Origin: Tubiluchus corallicola
Lineage: Eukaryota; Animalia; Priapulida
Assembly (NCBI GenBank): GCA_030141605.1
Contig: JAQGDQ010001079.1
Location: forward strand, 787 to 64,786
Direction of reading: 5' to 3'
Length of the DNA: 64,000 nucleotides
Shown: one piece after another, positions 37,953-50,600 of the stretch
Numbering within the stretch: position 1 is the stretch's first letter
Layout of the letters: each line of letters starts with the position of its first letter
The notes under the pieces: generated by a model
The model's input: the letters and a program-made list of their open reading frames with translations, nothing else
What the model was told of the DNA's origin: nothing
Database searches by the model: none
Program-made: the position numbers and the translations under genes

Positions 37953-38379
37953 TGTGGAAGTTGGAATCGTACATTTTAATTAGGTGCTGCCGTCTATGTG
38001 CTAATCCTGTTACAGTCTACCAGCTGACTTACCTTCAGTATAATTGTATGGTCCAGTGACTACATACACACTGGTCCACTCCTTATCTAAAATGAATAAT
38101 TGTTGTGAAGCCTGTGCAACTCTGCATAGGTCAAGTTCTATACCTGTATACTGGCTGTGAAACAGGTTTTACTGACTGTTTTTGCTTTCTAGTTTTTGCT
38201 CAATGTTCAGTGCAGCAGTTTTGCTACTCATGTTTTCTGTAGTTTAATAAACGCTTTTCTGATGTGTGTGTGCAGTGCAAATATTTATTATAGATTTTTG
38301 GTTCCTATTCACACTTCTCTGTGCCTAAACTCAATCATAACAAAGTGACTGAACAACAACTTCAAAAATGACTTTCACA
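37953..38379 (+). mobile_element. Solo LTR nested in a MITE
   Basis: TGTGGAAGT...ACTTTCACA; perfect TSD CATGT; highly similar to 29396-29818. Confidence 0.9.
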
Positions 38380-39482
38380 CATGTAAAGCAAAGCTGTTTG
38401 CCGCATCCTGAAGTTCTTGAACAATATACTTCTAAAAAGTCTTTAACGACACACTAGAAGTTTCAGGTGCACATAGTTATTATAAATGCTGAGAAAAAAA
38501 CTTTACCAAACGTTGATAGTATTAGAGGTGAAACAAAGGAAATTAAACATGGCGCGAATGCAGGTTAAAACATCTTTAGATTTACAGACAGGTAAGGTGT
38601 GGTGGTACCCTCATGGTGGGAACAGTTTACTTTAGTTGTTTTACCCGGACTTTACTTAAATATGCATTAGTCGGTGCATAGAGTGATTAACTATTGTCTT
38701 TTCACAGTTTCGTTGTACGCATGCGCATTTGCTGTTGTTCAAAGGTTAAGCGTACCACAGCAATGCGTCTTAACTACAATCGTCATGTGACATGTGGGTA
38801 AAGTAAAGCCGTCTGCTGCATGAGTTTAGTAAATTCAATTGTTTTACGTGGACTTTACTTAATTATGTATTAGTCGGTGCATAGAGTGATTTACTAGCAG
38901 GATCTTACTTGGGAACAAGAAAAAGTGAACTAGGTAAGGTTCTAGCTAGCTGTTAAAACTGTTACTATTACAACAGCTTGGGCTGCGTGGCGTTGTCAAG
39001 TGTACACAAATGCGTTGTCTGGTACACTTAACCTTTGACCTTTTCACGATCATCATAAATCGCTGGAACTGTGAAAAGGCTTATATAAGCAGCTCAGAAA
39101 TCTGGTAACTGTTAATGGATGATGCAAAGTTACTTACAGAAGACAACGTGGCTTATAGGCCTATTTATACAGGCCTACGTTAAACCACAGAGGCACCCGG
39201 TGACGTCATAGTGAATCGTCTAGTTACACGAGCAATAATGACGTGATCATACGTTGTTTACTAGTGTGATTACAGGAAACACGTCATCAAACGTGCTCAG
39301 ATTTCAAGCAGCTTTGCAAAACAAATCAAATACGATTATTAATATTTCGTCTACTGCAGTAATCGATTAAGGTTCTAATTAGGATGCTTACCTATTGATT
39401 ATCGAATCGAATCGAATCGAATCACATACTCTAATCGAATTACTGTATTAAAATTCTTTGAATCTAGTTGGCTGGTCTAAAA

Positions 39483-40650
39483 CGGCGCGTTTAGACTAGC
39501 GAGTTTTCTGGCCAAGTTAATTCGTCAATTAACTCACAAGCATGGTAAGACTAGAGAACAAAACTTGCTGCGAGTTACTCTCAAACAGCAAACGCAAGTT
39601 GAGACTCACTTCTCTATTCACTGTAAGTAACTCACAAGCATGGTCAGACTAGAGAACAAAACTTGCTGCGAGTTACTCTCAAACAGTAACTCACAAGCAT
39701 GGTCAGACTAGAGAACAAAACTTGCTGCGAGTTACTCTCAAACAGTAAGCGCAAGTTGACACTCACTTCTCTATTCACTGTAAGTAACTCACAAGCATGG
39801 TCAGACTAGAGAACAAAACTTGTTGCGAGTTACTCTCAAACAGTAAGCGCAAGTTGACACTCACTTCTCTATTCACTGTAAGTAACTCGCAAGCATGGTC
39901 AGACTAGAGAACAAAACTTGCTGCGAGCTACTCTCAAACAGTAAGTGCAAGTTGAGACTCACTTCTCTATTCACTGTAAGTAACTCGCAAGCATGGTCAG
40001 ACTAGAGAGCAAAACTTGCTGCGAGTTACTCTCAAACAGTAACTCACAAGCATGGTCAGACTAGAGAACAAAACTTGCTGCGAGTTACTCTCAAACAGTA
40101 AGCGCAAGTTGACACTCACTTCTCTATTCACTGTAAGTAACTCGCAAGCATGGTCAGACTAGAGAACAAAACTTGCTGCGAGCTACTCTCAAACAGTAAG
40201 TGCAAGTTGAGACTCACTTCTCTATTCACTGTAAGTAACTCGCAAGCATGGTCAGACTAGAGAGCAAAACTTGCTGCGAGTTACTCTCAAACAGTAACTC
40301 ACAAGCATGGTCAGACTAGAGAACAAAACTTGCTGCGAGTTACTCTCAAACAGTAAGCGCAAGTTGACACTCACTTCTCTATTCACTGTAAGTAACTCAC
40401 AAGCATGTTCAGACTAGAGAACAAAACTTGCTGCGAGTTACTCTCAAACAGTAACTGCAAGCTGACACTCTTTTCTCTATTCACTGGAGTAACTCGCAGA
40501 GGCGTTCACACTAGACAGTAAATCAACTCGTAGAAACTGTTGGAAAGTTTGAATAACTTGCCTACAGTAACTCTCAAGGCAGTTTACAGTCCCGAGCTTG
40601 CTATCAAAGAGAAAACTCGCCTCAGAAAACTCGACAGTCTAAACGCGCCG
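39483..40650. mobile_element. PIF/Harbinger-like non-autonomous element filled with a 98/59-bp tandem repeat
   Basis: TIRs CGGCGCGTTTAGACTnnCGAGTTTTCTG / CAGAAAACTCGnnAGTCTAAACGCGCCG; flanks AAA/TAA; internal array ~39531-40490. Confidence 0.75.
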
Positions 40651-40666
40651 TAAGTCTGTACCATGT

Positions 40667-40815
40667 TTATGACGTCACATTTGATCTGTACAAAAACGCT
40701 AAACTGGCAGTAGTCAAAAATAGAATTGTTTTTATAACAGGTTTTGTTGGCTCAGGCGCTGAGTTGCCAATGTTACAAGCATCTGTGGTGCAGCATCCAA
40801 TGCATTTACCTGTGC
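40667..40815 (-). CDS. Ly6/uPAR three-finger protein, last coding exon (CCTTDACN plus GPI-signal-like tail)
   Basis: Minus strand ttttacatttttctag|GC ACA GGT AAA TGC ATT GGA TGC TGC ACC ACA GAT GCT TGT AAC...TCA TAA; GTGKCIGCCTTDACNIGNSAPEPTKPVIKTILFLTTASLAFLYRSNVTS*. Confidence 0.9.
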
Positions 40816-40935
40816 CTAGAAAAATGTAAAATAAAAAGACTAAAATTATTAGTAATGATTATTTTTGTTGTTGTTCAAATTAACGAATAACTAACTACGG
40901 TTGATTATGTACATCTTTACTGGTTTGCTTTAGCT

Positions 40936-41428
40936 CAGGGGAGTGCAAATTGCGGCCCGCGGGCCACTTGCGGCCCGCCGAGAGAATTTGTGCGGCCCGC
41001 GAAGAGATTTGTCAACCTAATGAAAGTGCGGCCGGGGCGATTAATTGAGTGTATCCAGCTGAAGTCCGTGCCACGATCCCAAAGATAGTGCCGGTAGTTT
41101 TTTCTACTAGATCGGATGCCATTAACCCTTACAAGACGGTTGTAGCTTATTGTCACTGTACTACACAGACTGTGTGATACTAATATGCATTGTAATGAAA
41201 TTACCACTATTTGTCCTGAAAGTAGAAATATATGGTCTGTAATATAAATTTTAATAACTTCTAAAATAGTTTCTTGAGTGTAGTAGTAATGATGTACACA
41301 GGTCGGATGCAAAAAAGTCGTTATTAGGCCTTTCTGTACTTGACTCCTTGATCAAACTGCCTGTGGACCGCAGGAATTGCGGGAAAGTTTAATGTGGTCC
41401 GGCTAGTCAGATAATTTGCACACCCCTG
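40936..41428 (-). mobile_element. hAT (Charlie-like) MITE
   Basis: CAGGGGAGTGCAAAT...ATTTGCACACCCCTG; TSD CTTTAGCT/ATCTAGCT; homologous to 19456-19934. Confidence 0.85.
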
Positions 41429-41814
41429 ATCTAGCTCCCCCAAGATTGCACCATTCAAAATAGACCTCATAAGACCTGAAGGAGTTAAGAAAAGTAATGT
41501 GCGATAGCAAACTTATAGGCAGAACTGACATGCTTCCTGTTAGTTAAAGGACAAGAAAAGGGGCACCTGAAGTAGGTTTCAAAAAAGTCACCTTTAAAAT
41601 TATACTACTTTACAAGTACATATGCACACATGCATATACTACCTTATGTACATGTCGTATTCGCGTTGAAAGGAATTTTCGTTTGTTTTCATTTTAAATC
41701 TACTTAAAGTCATTTTAATTGAGATTTTAAGTCATCTTTAAGACGTATTTTTAATCTCACTGACAAGATACAGTAATTTAAATTTTTGCTTTATTAGCAA
41801 CATGTACGCCACGC

Positions 41815-41934
41815 GTCTACGGCCATATCACGTTGAAAACACCGGTTCTCGTCTGATCACCGAAGTTAAGCAACGTAGAGCCTGGTTAGTACTTGGATGG
41901 GTGACCGCCTAGGAATACCAGGTGCTGTAGGCTT
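41815..41934 (+). rRNA. Full-length 5S rRNA sequence, probably a SINE head rather than a functional gene
   Basis: 120 nt GTCTACGGCCATATCACGTTGAAAACACCGGTTCTCGTCTGATCACCGAAGTTAAGC...TAGTACTTGGATGGGTGACCGCC...GCTGTAGGCTT; boxes A and C present; no oligo-T terminator follows. Confidence 0.85.
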
Positions 41935-42360
41935 GCGGGATGCCCACACTGTATCTCGACACTAGACGGAGGAGCTGCACAAGCCGCCAACGACTAGAGG
42001 CCGGAGGAGGTCAAGTGACCCAACGGCCATGTGTAGAGGAGTAAACCTTCCAAATCAGGAGTGGAGCCCCGAAGGTGGACCAGTGCAGCATGCTCATTGA
42101 CTCCGGCAGCTCCTGCAGCCAACCTGGTGCCAAACGTATCGCTCTGCTTTTCTTTGGACTACACCAGGGAGGAAGAGAGGGGGTTCCTGTTGTCTGCGCA
42201 ACTCAGGATCTCCATACACCTTGCCCAGGCGTGCGCCCTGGAGACGCTCAAGGATCGGACTGCTCAGCCACAGTCGACGCGGCTGCTCCATCAATGTGAT
42301 CAATAACTGACTCTCTTGGCGCACACTCCGTTGTCTTCCGAGACAGAAGGATGCCAACAA
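41815..42360 (+). mobile_element. Candidate 5S-derived SINE (SINE3-type) with GC-rich body and RTE-like 3' end
   Basis: 5S head + ~425-bp GC-rich body + TTGTCTTCCGAGACAGAAGGATGCCAACAA; interrupts a MITE; degenerate 7-bp TSD CGCCACG/TACTACG against host TGCTACG. Confidence 0.7.
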
Positions 42361-42734
42361 TACTACGAATGCTGTGATTATTTTCTCAAACTTTATTTAA
42401 TGTTTTCAAAACTTGTTTCAAACGACCTAAAATGGCTGCGTCTAACGGTCATCGCCTGAGTTTAAATTTACAAGTTTTATACAGCGTTACGGCCGATGCA
42501 AACCATGCATACGAAAAGGTAGTACGCAAGTGGTATAAAATTTCGAGACGAATTTTTTAAGCTCAATGTAAGTGGAGGGTTTTCTTGTGCTTTAAATCAA
42601 ACACTGGCCGAAGATTAGTGGACTTGCTTACTGACTAGTTGGTTTCTGGCTGGCTTGTTGACTAACTGATTCAAATACCGATTTAATTCAACTGATTCAA
42701 TTCATTTTATTTATTTTTGCGTTTATTTACAAAC

Positions 42735-42822
42735 CTGCCATTTCCTTGCACTCTGGGTGACATTCAGCTGCGCACTCTCGTACAAATTTCTGGACGTGGT
42801 CGTTCATTTTAAACCTTTCCAC
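42735..42822 (-). CDS. Ly6/uPAR protein, coding exon 3
   Basis: ttttgtttacaacag|...|gtttgt; 88 nt, phase 0-1; VERFKMNDHVQKFVRECAAECHPECKEMA. Confidence 0.88.
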
Positions 42823-43957
42823 CTGTTGTAAACAAAACGCTAAAATCATTGGTCTGGATTCGTAAATTGATTGTAATTCCTAGCAACAGATGTCGCTTGA
42901 AATCAGTTACAGAGACGCGAAGGAAAGGAAAAGCGTAATATTTTTGCATTCGACCAAAAAGTTCATAAACGCGTTTCTGAATTTCAGCAGATCTATGCTG
43001 CCATCTACAGGTCAGATTTAGCAATTCAAAATAATTGTAATAGTTAACTAATGTAGGCTAAATGTAGGAGGTAAGTATTTTAATGATCACATGAGGGAAA
43101 GTACATGGTGTATACACCTTGAGCAAGCAAAGCAAATAAAAGCAAACAAACTGAAAAACACAGAAACAAGCAAGCAAGCAAACAAACAAGCAAATGTGGA
43201 GCAAGCTTTGATGCAGCACAGATCTTACAAATGAGGTGAAAGAAAGATCGAATCAAGGAAGACTTACAGCTTAAAGCCACAGTTGCTTCTACTTGTTTAA
43301 TAATTGTTTTAATAGATGGCGCTTTCACGTACAATGCTATTGTGCAAAGTTACAATAAAAACTCTATACATAATTCTACAACATAAAAGTATGAAGGAAC
43401 GCCAAATGTTTGCAGTAAATGTGATAATCTGGAAACGTGAAAGTGTGTCTGAGAATACGAGGATACAAGAGAATAAACTCCAGCGGCCAGCTCCGCCTTA
43501 TATATATGTGCAAAAGAACAATCTAGAAATAGAAAGTTCTAGAAACTTTTACAAGGTAAGATTGTTCTACTGCACTATGGAATATTCCAGAATAATCTCC
43601 ACAACAGAGCCAAAATTATGAATTTATTCCACAGCAACTCAAACATACATAGAAGTTGATATTACATTGAAAAAAAAAATAAACTAAACGAGTTACTGTG
43701 AGGAGGGGGAAGGAGCATTGAGCTTTCGAGTCTTCCTCCAGATAAGTGAAACAATTGACAATTAACATTACATTTTCATCAGTTATAGCGTGCATTAGAA
43801 CAGAATAAGTTTTGTTAGTAACTTAAGAGCAGGATGAGTAAAATTGTGAGTTAATTATACAGTTGTAGTAGGTAATTCTTTGATGCTTTTTTAAATTGAT
43901 AAAGATTAAGAGTTTTCATTTCACTTTCAAAATAAAGTTCAAAAAATTTTTGGTTAC

Positions 43958-44094
43958 CTTGCAGTACATGTCTCCGCTCTGACATTCAATGGGTTTCAAT
44001 TTTTCCACATTTTTTCGACAATCCGTTGCCGCACCTTCACACACGTAGCACTTTATAGATGTTGCCATGGAAACAAAGGACAGAATGACTATCA
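43958..44094 (-). CDS. Ly6/uPAR protein, coding exon 2
   Basis: ttttttttcag|...|gtaacc; 137 nt, phase 1-0; IVILSFVSMATS-IKCYVCEGAATDCRKNVEKLKPIECQSGDMYCK. Confidence 0.9.
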
Positions 44095-44349
44095 CTGAAA
44101 AAAATTTTGTCGGTGGATTACTGGTTTTGCCTCAAGAGTGAGCACAGTAGTAAATTTGAGATTTGAATTTTTATCTTAAAACTTGCTTAGTTTTAGTACA
44201 ACACACTGAATATCTTACAGTAGCACTGTACTTCAATTTTCGCTTTCGCAAACACGTGCAACACGCTCATGGAATATTTTTGCTGTTGAAAATTATGTTA
44301 GTTTGTGATGTCATCAATAGTTGGGCTCGCCCGCCGTTAATTATTTTTG

Positions 44350-45007
44350 AATCTACTATCTAATTATCGTAAACGCTTTTGCAGTATTAGTTGTGTTAAA
44401 ACAAGATTTAATCAATACACTGTGCCTTTCTGTAGAACCAACATAGCCAAACATTTTATAATATATCAAGGACCAAAAGTCTGGAATGAGATTTGTCAAT
44501 CCGCAAAAAATAGCAGAACTATTACTAGATTAAAAAAAATGCTAAAAAATCAAATTTTAAGTAAGTATCAGTGAGTAATCAAAATTTCTATCAGTATCCA
44601 TCCTCACAGTGGTAGCAAAACAGTGGTGTTAGCTTAATCAAGTTATTTTAATTTTACATACTATTAACAAATAATAGTCTTTCTATCTTTTATATCATCC
44701 CATATATGAACTTCATTCATTACATCATTCCATTTTAAGCAAATGTTTTTTTATCACGATTCACTTTAAAATTTCAGATTATCTCCATTATTTTTTTTTT
44801 CTATCACTGTGTAGGACAGTCTAACAAGCCCTGCTTTTTGATTGCCCGCAACACATTTACCTTCGTGTATAAGTGAACAGTGTTTGAGGCTTTTCCTGTG
44901 CAGTATTTCTTATTTGTATTATATTCATTGTAGGCCCTTTCACTAGATATTGTACATGAAACTATTGTAAATGTGTAAGGTGAAATAAATGACTTATGAC
45001 TTATGAA
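44350..45007 (+). mobile_element. CR1/L2-group LINE 3' fragment
   Basis: ORF2 C-terminus-like VPFCRTNIAKHFIIYQGPKVWNEI...LKKMLK; 3' UTR ends AATAAATGACTTATGACTTATGA. Confidence 0.7.
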
Positions 45008-45384
45008 AATGTATGCTTTTGTCATACTTGGACATGGGATAGTATATGAAAAATCTTCCTGTCTTCTGCTAAATACACATAAATGAACGTGTTCGTTTGT
45101 TGACATGTCGTCTATCTGCAGTCGTAAGCTTCTTAGACTAGTTAAGAACCAGTAAGAAGGATAAATCCTACAGGAAGTGAAGCACGTAGAATAATTAAGA
45201 CAAACTGCTTAAAATAATCCTGTCGAGAATCAAACCACTGACAAGGGGGAAATAACGTTTTGGGGATTTTTCAGAATGTTATGAAGTTTTGTTTTCTGTG
45301 CACGTGTAAAATGTGTAAATGCTTACAGTTGACGTTAACAACAGACTATGCATGTATGAACCTAGAGTTTAGATGAGTGACTAA

Positions 45385-45858
45385 ATCAAATCAAATCAAA
45401 TCAAATCAAATCAAGTCAGCACAGGTCGGGTTAGGTCAGGTGAAGTCAAGCCAAGCCAAGCTAAGGCAAGCCAAGCCAAGTCAAGTCAGGTGAAGTCAAG
45501 TCGAATCAAATCAAATCTATCTATCTATCTATCTATCAGACAATCACTCAGTCGGTCAATCGATCGGTCAGCCAGTCAATTAGTCAGTCAGTCAAAAACT
45601 AATGAAATCTTATTCCATTGAACACTGATACCAAGAACTAGAAAGAGAACACCATCACGGTGAAACAAACTGACTGCCTGACAACTGACTGACTGACCGA
45701 CCGACTGATTATCTGACTGACTGACTGACTGACTGACTGACTGACTGACTGACTGACTGACTGACTGACTGACTGACTGACTGACTGACTGACTGATTGA
45801 CTGACTGACTGACTGACTGACTGACTGACTGACTGACTGACTGACTGACTGACTGACT
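45385..45858. repeat. (AAATC)n/(CAAGY)n/(ATCT)n and (CTGA)n microsatellites
   Basis: Directly visible. Confidence 0.9.
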
Positions 45859-47031
45859 GCTCAAGTGGCCTAAAAAGTCAACTATAACCATTTACAGATT
45901 TTACACTTGGAAAGTGAAAGACACGAATTTTAAATATCTGTCCTGTGTGAGGTTTGTGGCGCCATCTATCCAACCTTTCCAATCCCAAAAAACTTGTACA
46001 CTTTAAGACTCAATCATCTGAACTGGAAACTCAAATTGAACTATTGATTTCTGGAATCTGATAAATTGTATAAAGTTAGGTTCTGTCTTCTACCCTACTC
46101 ATCAGAGAAAGGGAAGACCTATTTAGTCAAGAAAACCTCTGATCACTCCGGGTTGTTATCATCACTTCTTCTTCTTTTTCTTCGTCGGTTAAAGTCGCGC
46201 AAATCACGAAACGTCGCGCGCTGCAAGGAAGAAAAGCAGAAACGTAATCGAAACTTAATCAGTCTCGCAGAAGGCAGAAAAAATTATTGCGCGGAAATGT
46301 CAAGATCTGAGAAAGAACGACGCTATTGTCTGATAATGGTAATAACCGCAGAAAATGAGCTTAAGTGTTGCACGTCGAGTGCGCATGCGTGCCTTCTGAA
46401 ATGTATTATGTGTATTGCAGGTTGCTTTGATCAGTAAAATTCATTGAATGCTACGACTTGTGTTGAGATGAAGAAAAATCTTTGTCTAATTTTCCTCTGG
46501 CCACATTTTCAACATTTTAAAACTCTTCAAGACCGACCGACTGACTGACTGACTGACTCTTCAAGACTGACTTTGATAAGTCTCAGTTTGGCGACTACAT
46601 TAACGTTTCACAATAATGCATCATGCCCCTTTTGGAAGACTGTAAAAAGGTTAAAAGCATAATATAACATAAATTTTAACTCACGCACACATATGTATAT
46701 CTATTTATATACATATATGTATACGCAAAATGTATCCTGGTTTTATCGTAAATTTTTGTAAAAGTCCTTGTTCTTATATATTAGGTAAGTAAATCGTGCT
46801 TGTAGAAAAGGTTGTCATTTTTAATACTTTCCTAATAGTGAAATCTAAACAATCCCAGTGAATCAATTCTGTTATTATGAACCTTAATTATTATTAATAA
46901 TTGTTAAGAGGTTTTATAAGCAAGTTTGTGGTACACGTATTAAGGACATAATTATAACTGACCATGTTGTATATACACTCTTATATCATGATACAGTGCA
47001 GAATTATCGGCCTGCATATAAATAGGCCTTG

Positions 47032-47081
<50 letters not shown>

Positions 47082-47509
47082 CGTGCGTGCCTGCGTGTGT
47101 GTGTGTGTATATATTGTGCAAAAGAAGATTTATCATTATCAAATTGGAAGGCTGACTGATTTCTTTTGCTTTTGCGTCACAGTTACGTGGCTGCTGTCAT
47201 GTACCGTAGGTCACAGTTACGTGGCTGATGTCATGTACCGTAGCTCACAGTTACGTGGCTGATGAACGTGAAATTTTGTTTGTGTGGTAATAATTCCTTT
47301 GAAAAAAAAAATAGTACGTTTGCTTTCGATATTTTAAATAGTAGATTGTTTTGACATACAGTTTAAGATTGGGTCCGATTTTGCTTTAACCACAGTCACA
47401 CCAGGCAACGTGGTCGCAATTCGTGCAGCGAATAACGTGTTATTCATATTCACCTGACACGTGTGTCAGTAACGACTCCTGATGTCTGTTATTTGAGTAG
47501 CAAGCTTAA

Positions 47510-47966
47510 CCCCTTAAAACCCGTTGTATCCCTTGGGATACGAGAATATTTTCTGCCTTTAAAATTAATAAAATTTTAAAACTGACATTTATTTGATCTG
47601 TTAATAGTTATTTTGATTTAAGTCAATAACAATAGACTAAAAATGGTGATAAAATGGCAAACTAGAAAATCTACATAGCATAAAAACTGCGCAAGGTACA
47701 GTACTTTAGAGACGACTTTGTGCAGATCAGCATAGCATGCACGCTAAATGTCTTAAATACTTTAAAAAATTATCAACAGTTGCAAAATGAAGCACATTTT
47801 ATGCTTCCATTGAATCCCAATGTATCTCGTGGGATACAGGCTATAATTAGCACGCGGGCACAGGTAGAAAAAGTGATTATTATGTGTAAACAAGATAGAC
47901 ATACTGAACAAAAGTACCATGCCAAAAAAATTTTCTTATTAAAAAAATAATTTGGGACTGAAAGGC
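47510..47966 (+). mobile_element. piggyBac-like MITE
   Basis: TTAA-CCCCTT...TGAAAGGC-TTAA; homologous to 5157-5532. Confidence 0.82.
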
Positions 47967-48459
47967 TTAAACCAATTCCCACTGCTGTAAGCACCTTTAT
48001 TTCCTGCTTAATTTTGCGATGTCTGAATAGGCATGACTAATCACTCTACGCCAGCATCTGAACCATTTTTCTGGCTTCCCTAATTTGGCTTGTATGTTTC
48101 CTCAGACAAGAGAATCTTGGAGGAACGTCAACTGCATTTCCTCAGTAGAACGGACTTCCATGATTCAACTAAACCTACAGTTTCAAACTTTCACTTAATG
48201 TCGCTAATGGAGCTTGTAATTTAATATCTAGTTGAAGCTATTAGTTTAATCATAATATCCTAGAGGGCAGCAGTAGCAGTGCATGCCAGAATTTTACAGT
48301 TGAGGATGAGGAAATGTAATAATGCAAATTATAATGATAAGGATAGTAATTTCTTGGGTTTCCTTTAATCTTTTTAGGAAAAACTTGAAATCCGCTTAAT
48401 TAAGCCTGTAATAATTAGATGAAATGAAAGTCTCATCATAGAATGATTACGCGAGCAAT

Positions 48460-48903
48460 GACATCAGCAGCAGTAGTAACAGCAATAACACAACCATAAC
48501 GACAACAGCAGCAGCAGTGACAATGACAGTCGCTGTAAGCTCGTTATTGACTAATTACGATGAACAATGGCAGCGGCAGCAGTAGAAACAGCAAAAACAC
48601 AAGCACAACGACAACAGCAACGCCAGTCACCACAACAACGATGACGAAGACGACGACGACGACAACAGCAATAGCAACAACAGCAACAGCAGCAACACAA
48701 TCACCACAACAACGATGACGACGACGACAACAACAACAACAACAGCAACGAAAAGATCAACAACGACAACAACAACAATAACAACAACACCAGCACCACC
48801 ATCACAACAATAACAAGAACGGCAACAACAACAACAACAGCAATAACAACAATGACGACGACAACAACAACATCAACCAAACAACAGCAGCAGCAGCAAA
48901 ATG

Positions 48904-48953
<50 letters not shown>

Positions 48954-48958
48954 CGACG

Positions 48959-49007
<49 letters not shown>

Positions 49008-49044
49008 CTACAACAACAACAACAACAACAACAACAATAATAAT

Positions 49045-49110
<66 letters not shown>

Positions 49111-49116
49111 AACAAT

Positions 49117-49185
<69 letters not shown>

Positions 49186-49240
49186 AACAATAACAATAAC
49201 AATAACAATAACAATAACAACAACAACAACAACAACAACT
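48460..49240. repeat. (CAA)n microsatellite with degenerate CAG/GAC flank
   Basis: Directly visible; source of poly-N/Q/V/L ORFs. Confidence 0.95.
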
Positions 49241-49880
49241 ATAATCATTACAATTGTTTGTTAGTTATCGTAGACTTTATATCAACGGCAGTTACAAAGC
49301 AGTGAAATTTGTAAGACGTGTGTTAAACTAAAAAGCAGACTCCATCAAAATTAGCGCATTGATTTCTGAGCTTAAACGATTTTCTCCACAAGTCATAAAT
49401 TTCCTATTAACTTGTTCACGAAGCCATGCAAAGCCATGCAAAAGTCTTTACGGCTTCTATTACCATATGATTATTCACCCGCTAATGCTTTACATGGTAA
49501 TTACTCGTCCAGTCTTAACACTTTACCACTAATCACTCCGCTAAAATTGATGCGGATTTATATCAAGAACATAGTACTTATTTGAGGAAATAAAGCGTAA
49601 GAAGCCATTAATGACGGAAAGTACAAGGTGAGTCAAAAGTTGAGACAATTTCTGACGTCTGCAGAGACGAGTGCGTGAATTCGGTTGCTTAGTAAGCATA
49701 ACTGCTCGCTCTCTATGTTGTAATAACGTATCATAAGCATACGGGCCGGTTTTCCTAGGGGGACTGAGCCACTTCGGATGGGGATTGGGGAATTATCTCA
49801 CATTACCCAAAACCCTCTCCCCCCAGCATTTGCGCCTGTGTAACGTATTATTATGACTACTGAGAATGGAATTTTATTAA

Positions 49881-50429
49881 AGGAAAACCGGATGATTGTG
49901 TAAACATTAGTTCAGAATAGAGAATGCTCTAATATATTGAAAACTACAAAAGTTTATTGTAAATCAAAGCTTAGATTAAATAATAATTACCTCGGATACT
50001 CAAATTTCGTTAAACTTGCAAAGCTACGCGCGGCTCAGTGAATCTACTAAGACTGGCAGCGGCGCCTTTTTGTCACATTCGCCTAGCCGACAAGTAAAAG
50101 GTGGTATCGTGATAAGCATGATCACGAACTGCAGTGTTAGTTTCTGACGTAATATGATGTACAGCCCATTTTAAGTGACATCATGCATTAAAACAGTACT
50201 GTAACACCTATGCAAATGTGCTTGATGCGCAAGAGAAGACGTCTGTCATTGCGCAAACTGTGGTTAGTTTCTGACGTAAGCAATAGCTATGTTCGATTGC
50301 CCTTAATTAACTTTTTAAGCTAATTATTCAAATATAAGAAACAATTGCTAGTTTTTATAGGTAAGAAAATGTATATTTTGAACAGTAAATTAAAATGAGA
50401 TTGAGTCTAAACAATCGTCCGGTCTTCCT
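49881..50429 (+). mobile_element. Second Kolobok-like MITE family
   Basis: TTAA-AGGAAAACCGGATGATTG...CAATCGTCCGGTCTTCCT-TTAT; diverged partial copy at ~15640-16072. Confidence 0.7.
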
Positions 50430-50569
50430 TTATGTAGACAGTCAGTCGTTTCAAATTATTTGTGAAATGTTTGCAGTGCGCTGCATACCACGCTGCAGGA
50501 CAGTGCCTAGCACTTGGAACTTAATTTCACGTTATTCGTTTATCCTATGATTCATACACGTCAACTTAC

Positions 50570-50600
50570 CAAATAAATTCACTTCCAAAATGTGAGCCAT
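50570..50600 (-). CDS. Ly6/uPAR protein, first coding exon (signal peptide start; exon spans 50570-50624)
   Basis: ttttttcattgcag|GAACGG...ACAAC ATG GCT CAC ATT TTG GAA GTG AAT TTA TTT G|gtaagt; phase 1 joins exon 2 to give MAHILEVNLFVIVILSFVSMATS. Confidence 0.78.

Larger units (their letters stand above)
41548..42591 (-). mobile_element. Kolobok/T2-like MITE hosting the 5S-headed insertion
   Basis: TTAA-AGGACAAGAAAA...TTTTCTTGTGCT-TTAA; host sequence resumes after 42360. Confidence 0.82.

Noticed and set aside
39531-40490. CRISPR-like regular repeats (also 9497-10107, 50763-51951, 52211-52733)
   Set aside because: Units are contiguous with no unique spacers, there are no cas genes, and the context is eukaryotic.
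41815-41934. Functional 5S rRNA gene
   Set aside because: Single copy, no oligo-T terminator, and the upstream flank is MITE sequence; better explained as a retroposed head.
41935-42300. HDV-like ribozyme in the SINE body, as found in some RTE 5' ends
   Set aside because: I could not find the P3/L3 (TCCNCGY-type) core or nested pseudoknot by eye; a descriptor search would be needed.
43293-43606. Possible additional solo LTR (TG...CA, AGATGGCGCT, TATA and AATAAA motifs)
   Set aside because: No matching TSD or second copy was found and the orientation cues conflict.
45027-45353. Alternative first coding exons for Ly6 (MSTNEHV... and MHSLLLTST)
   Set aside because: The first has a weak donor and no signal-peptide character; the second is phase 0 and incompatible. 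The exon at 50570-50624 has consensus splice sites and the correct phase.
48802-49305. Poly-N/Q/V/L ORFs (likewise 890-1271, 11558-12052, 57139-57973, 58021-58688, 62435-63960)
   Set aside because: Translations of microsatellites.
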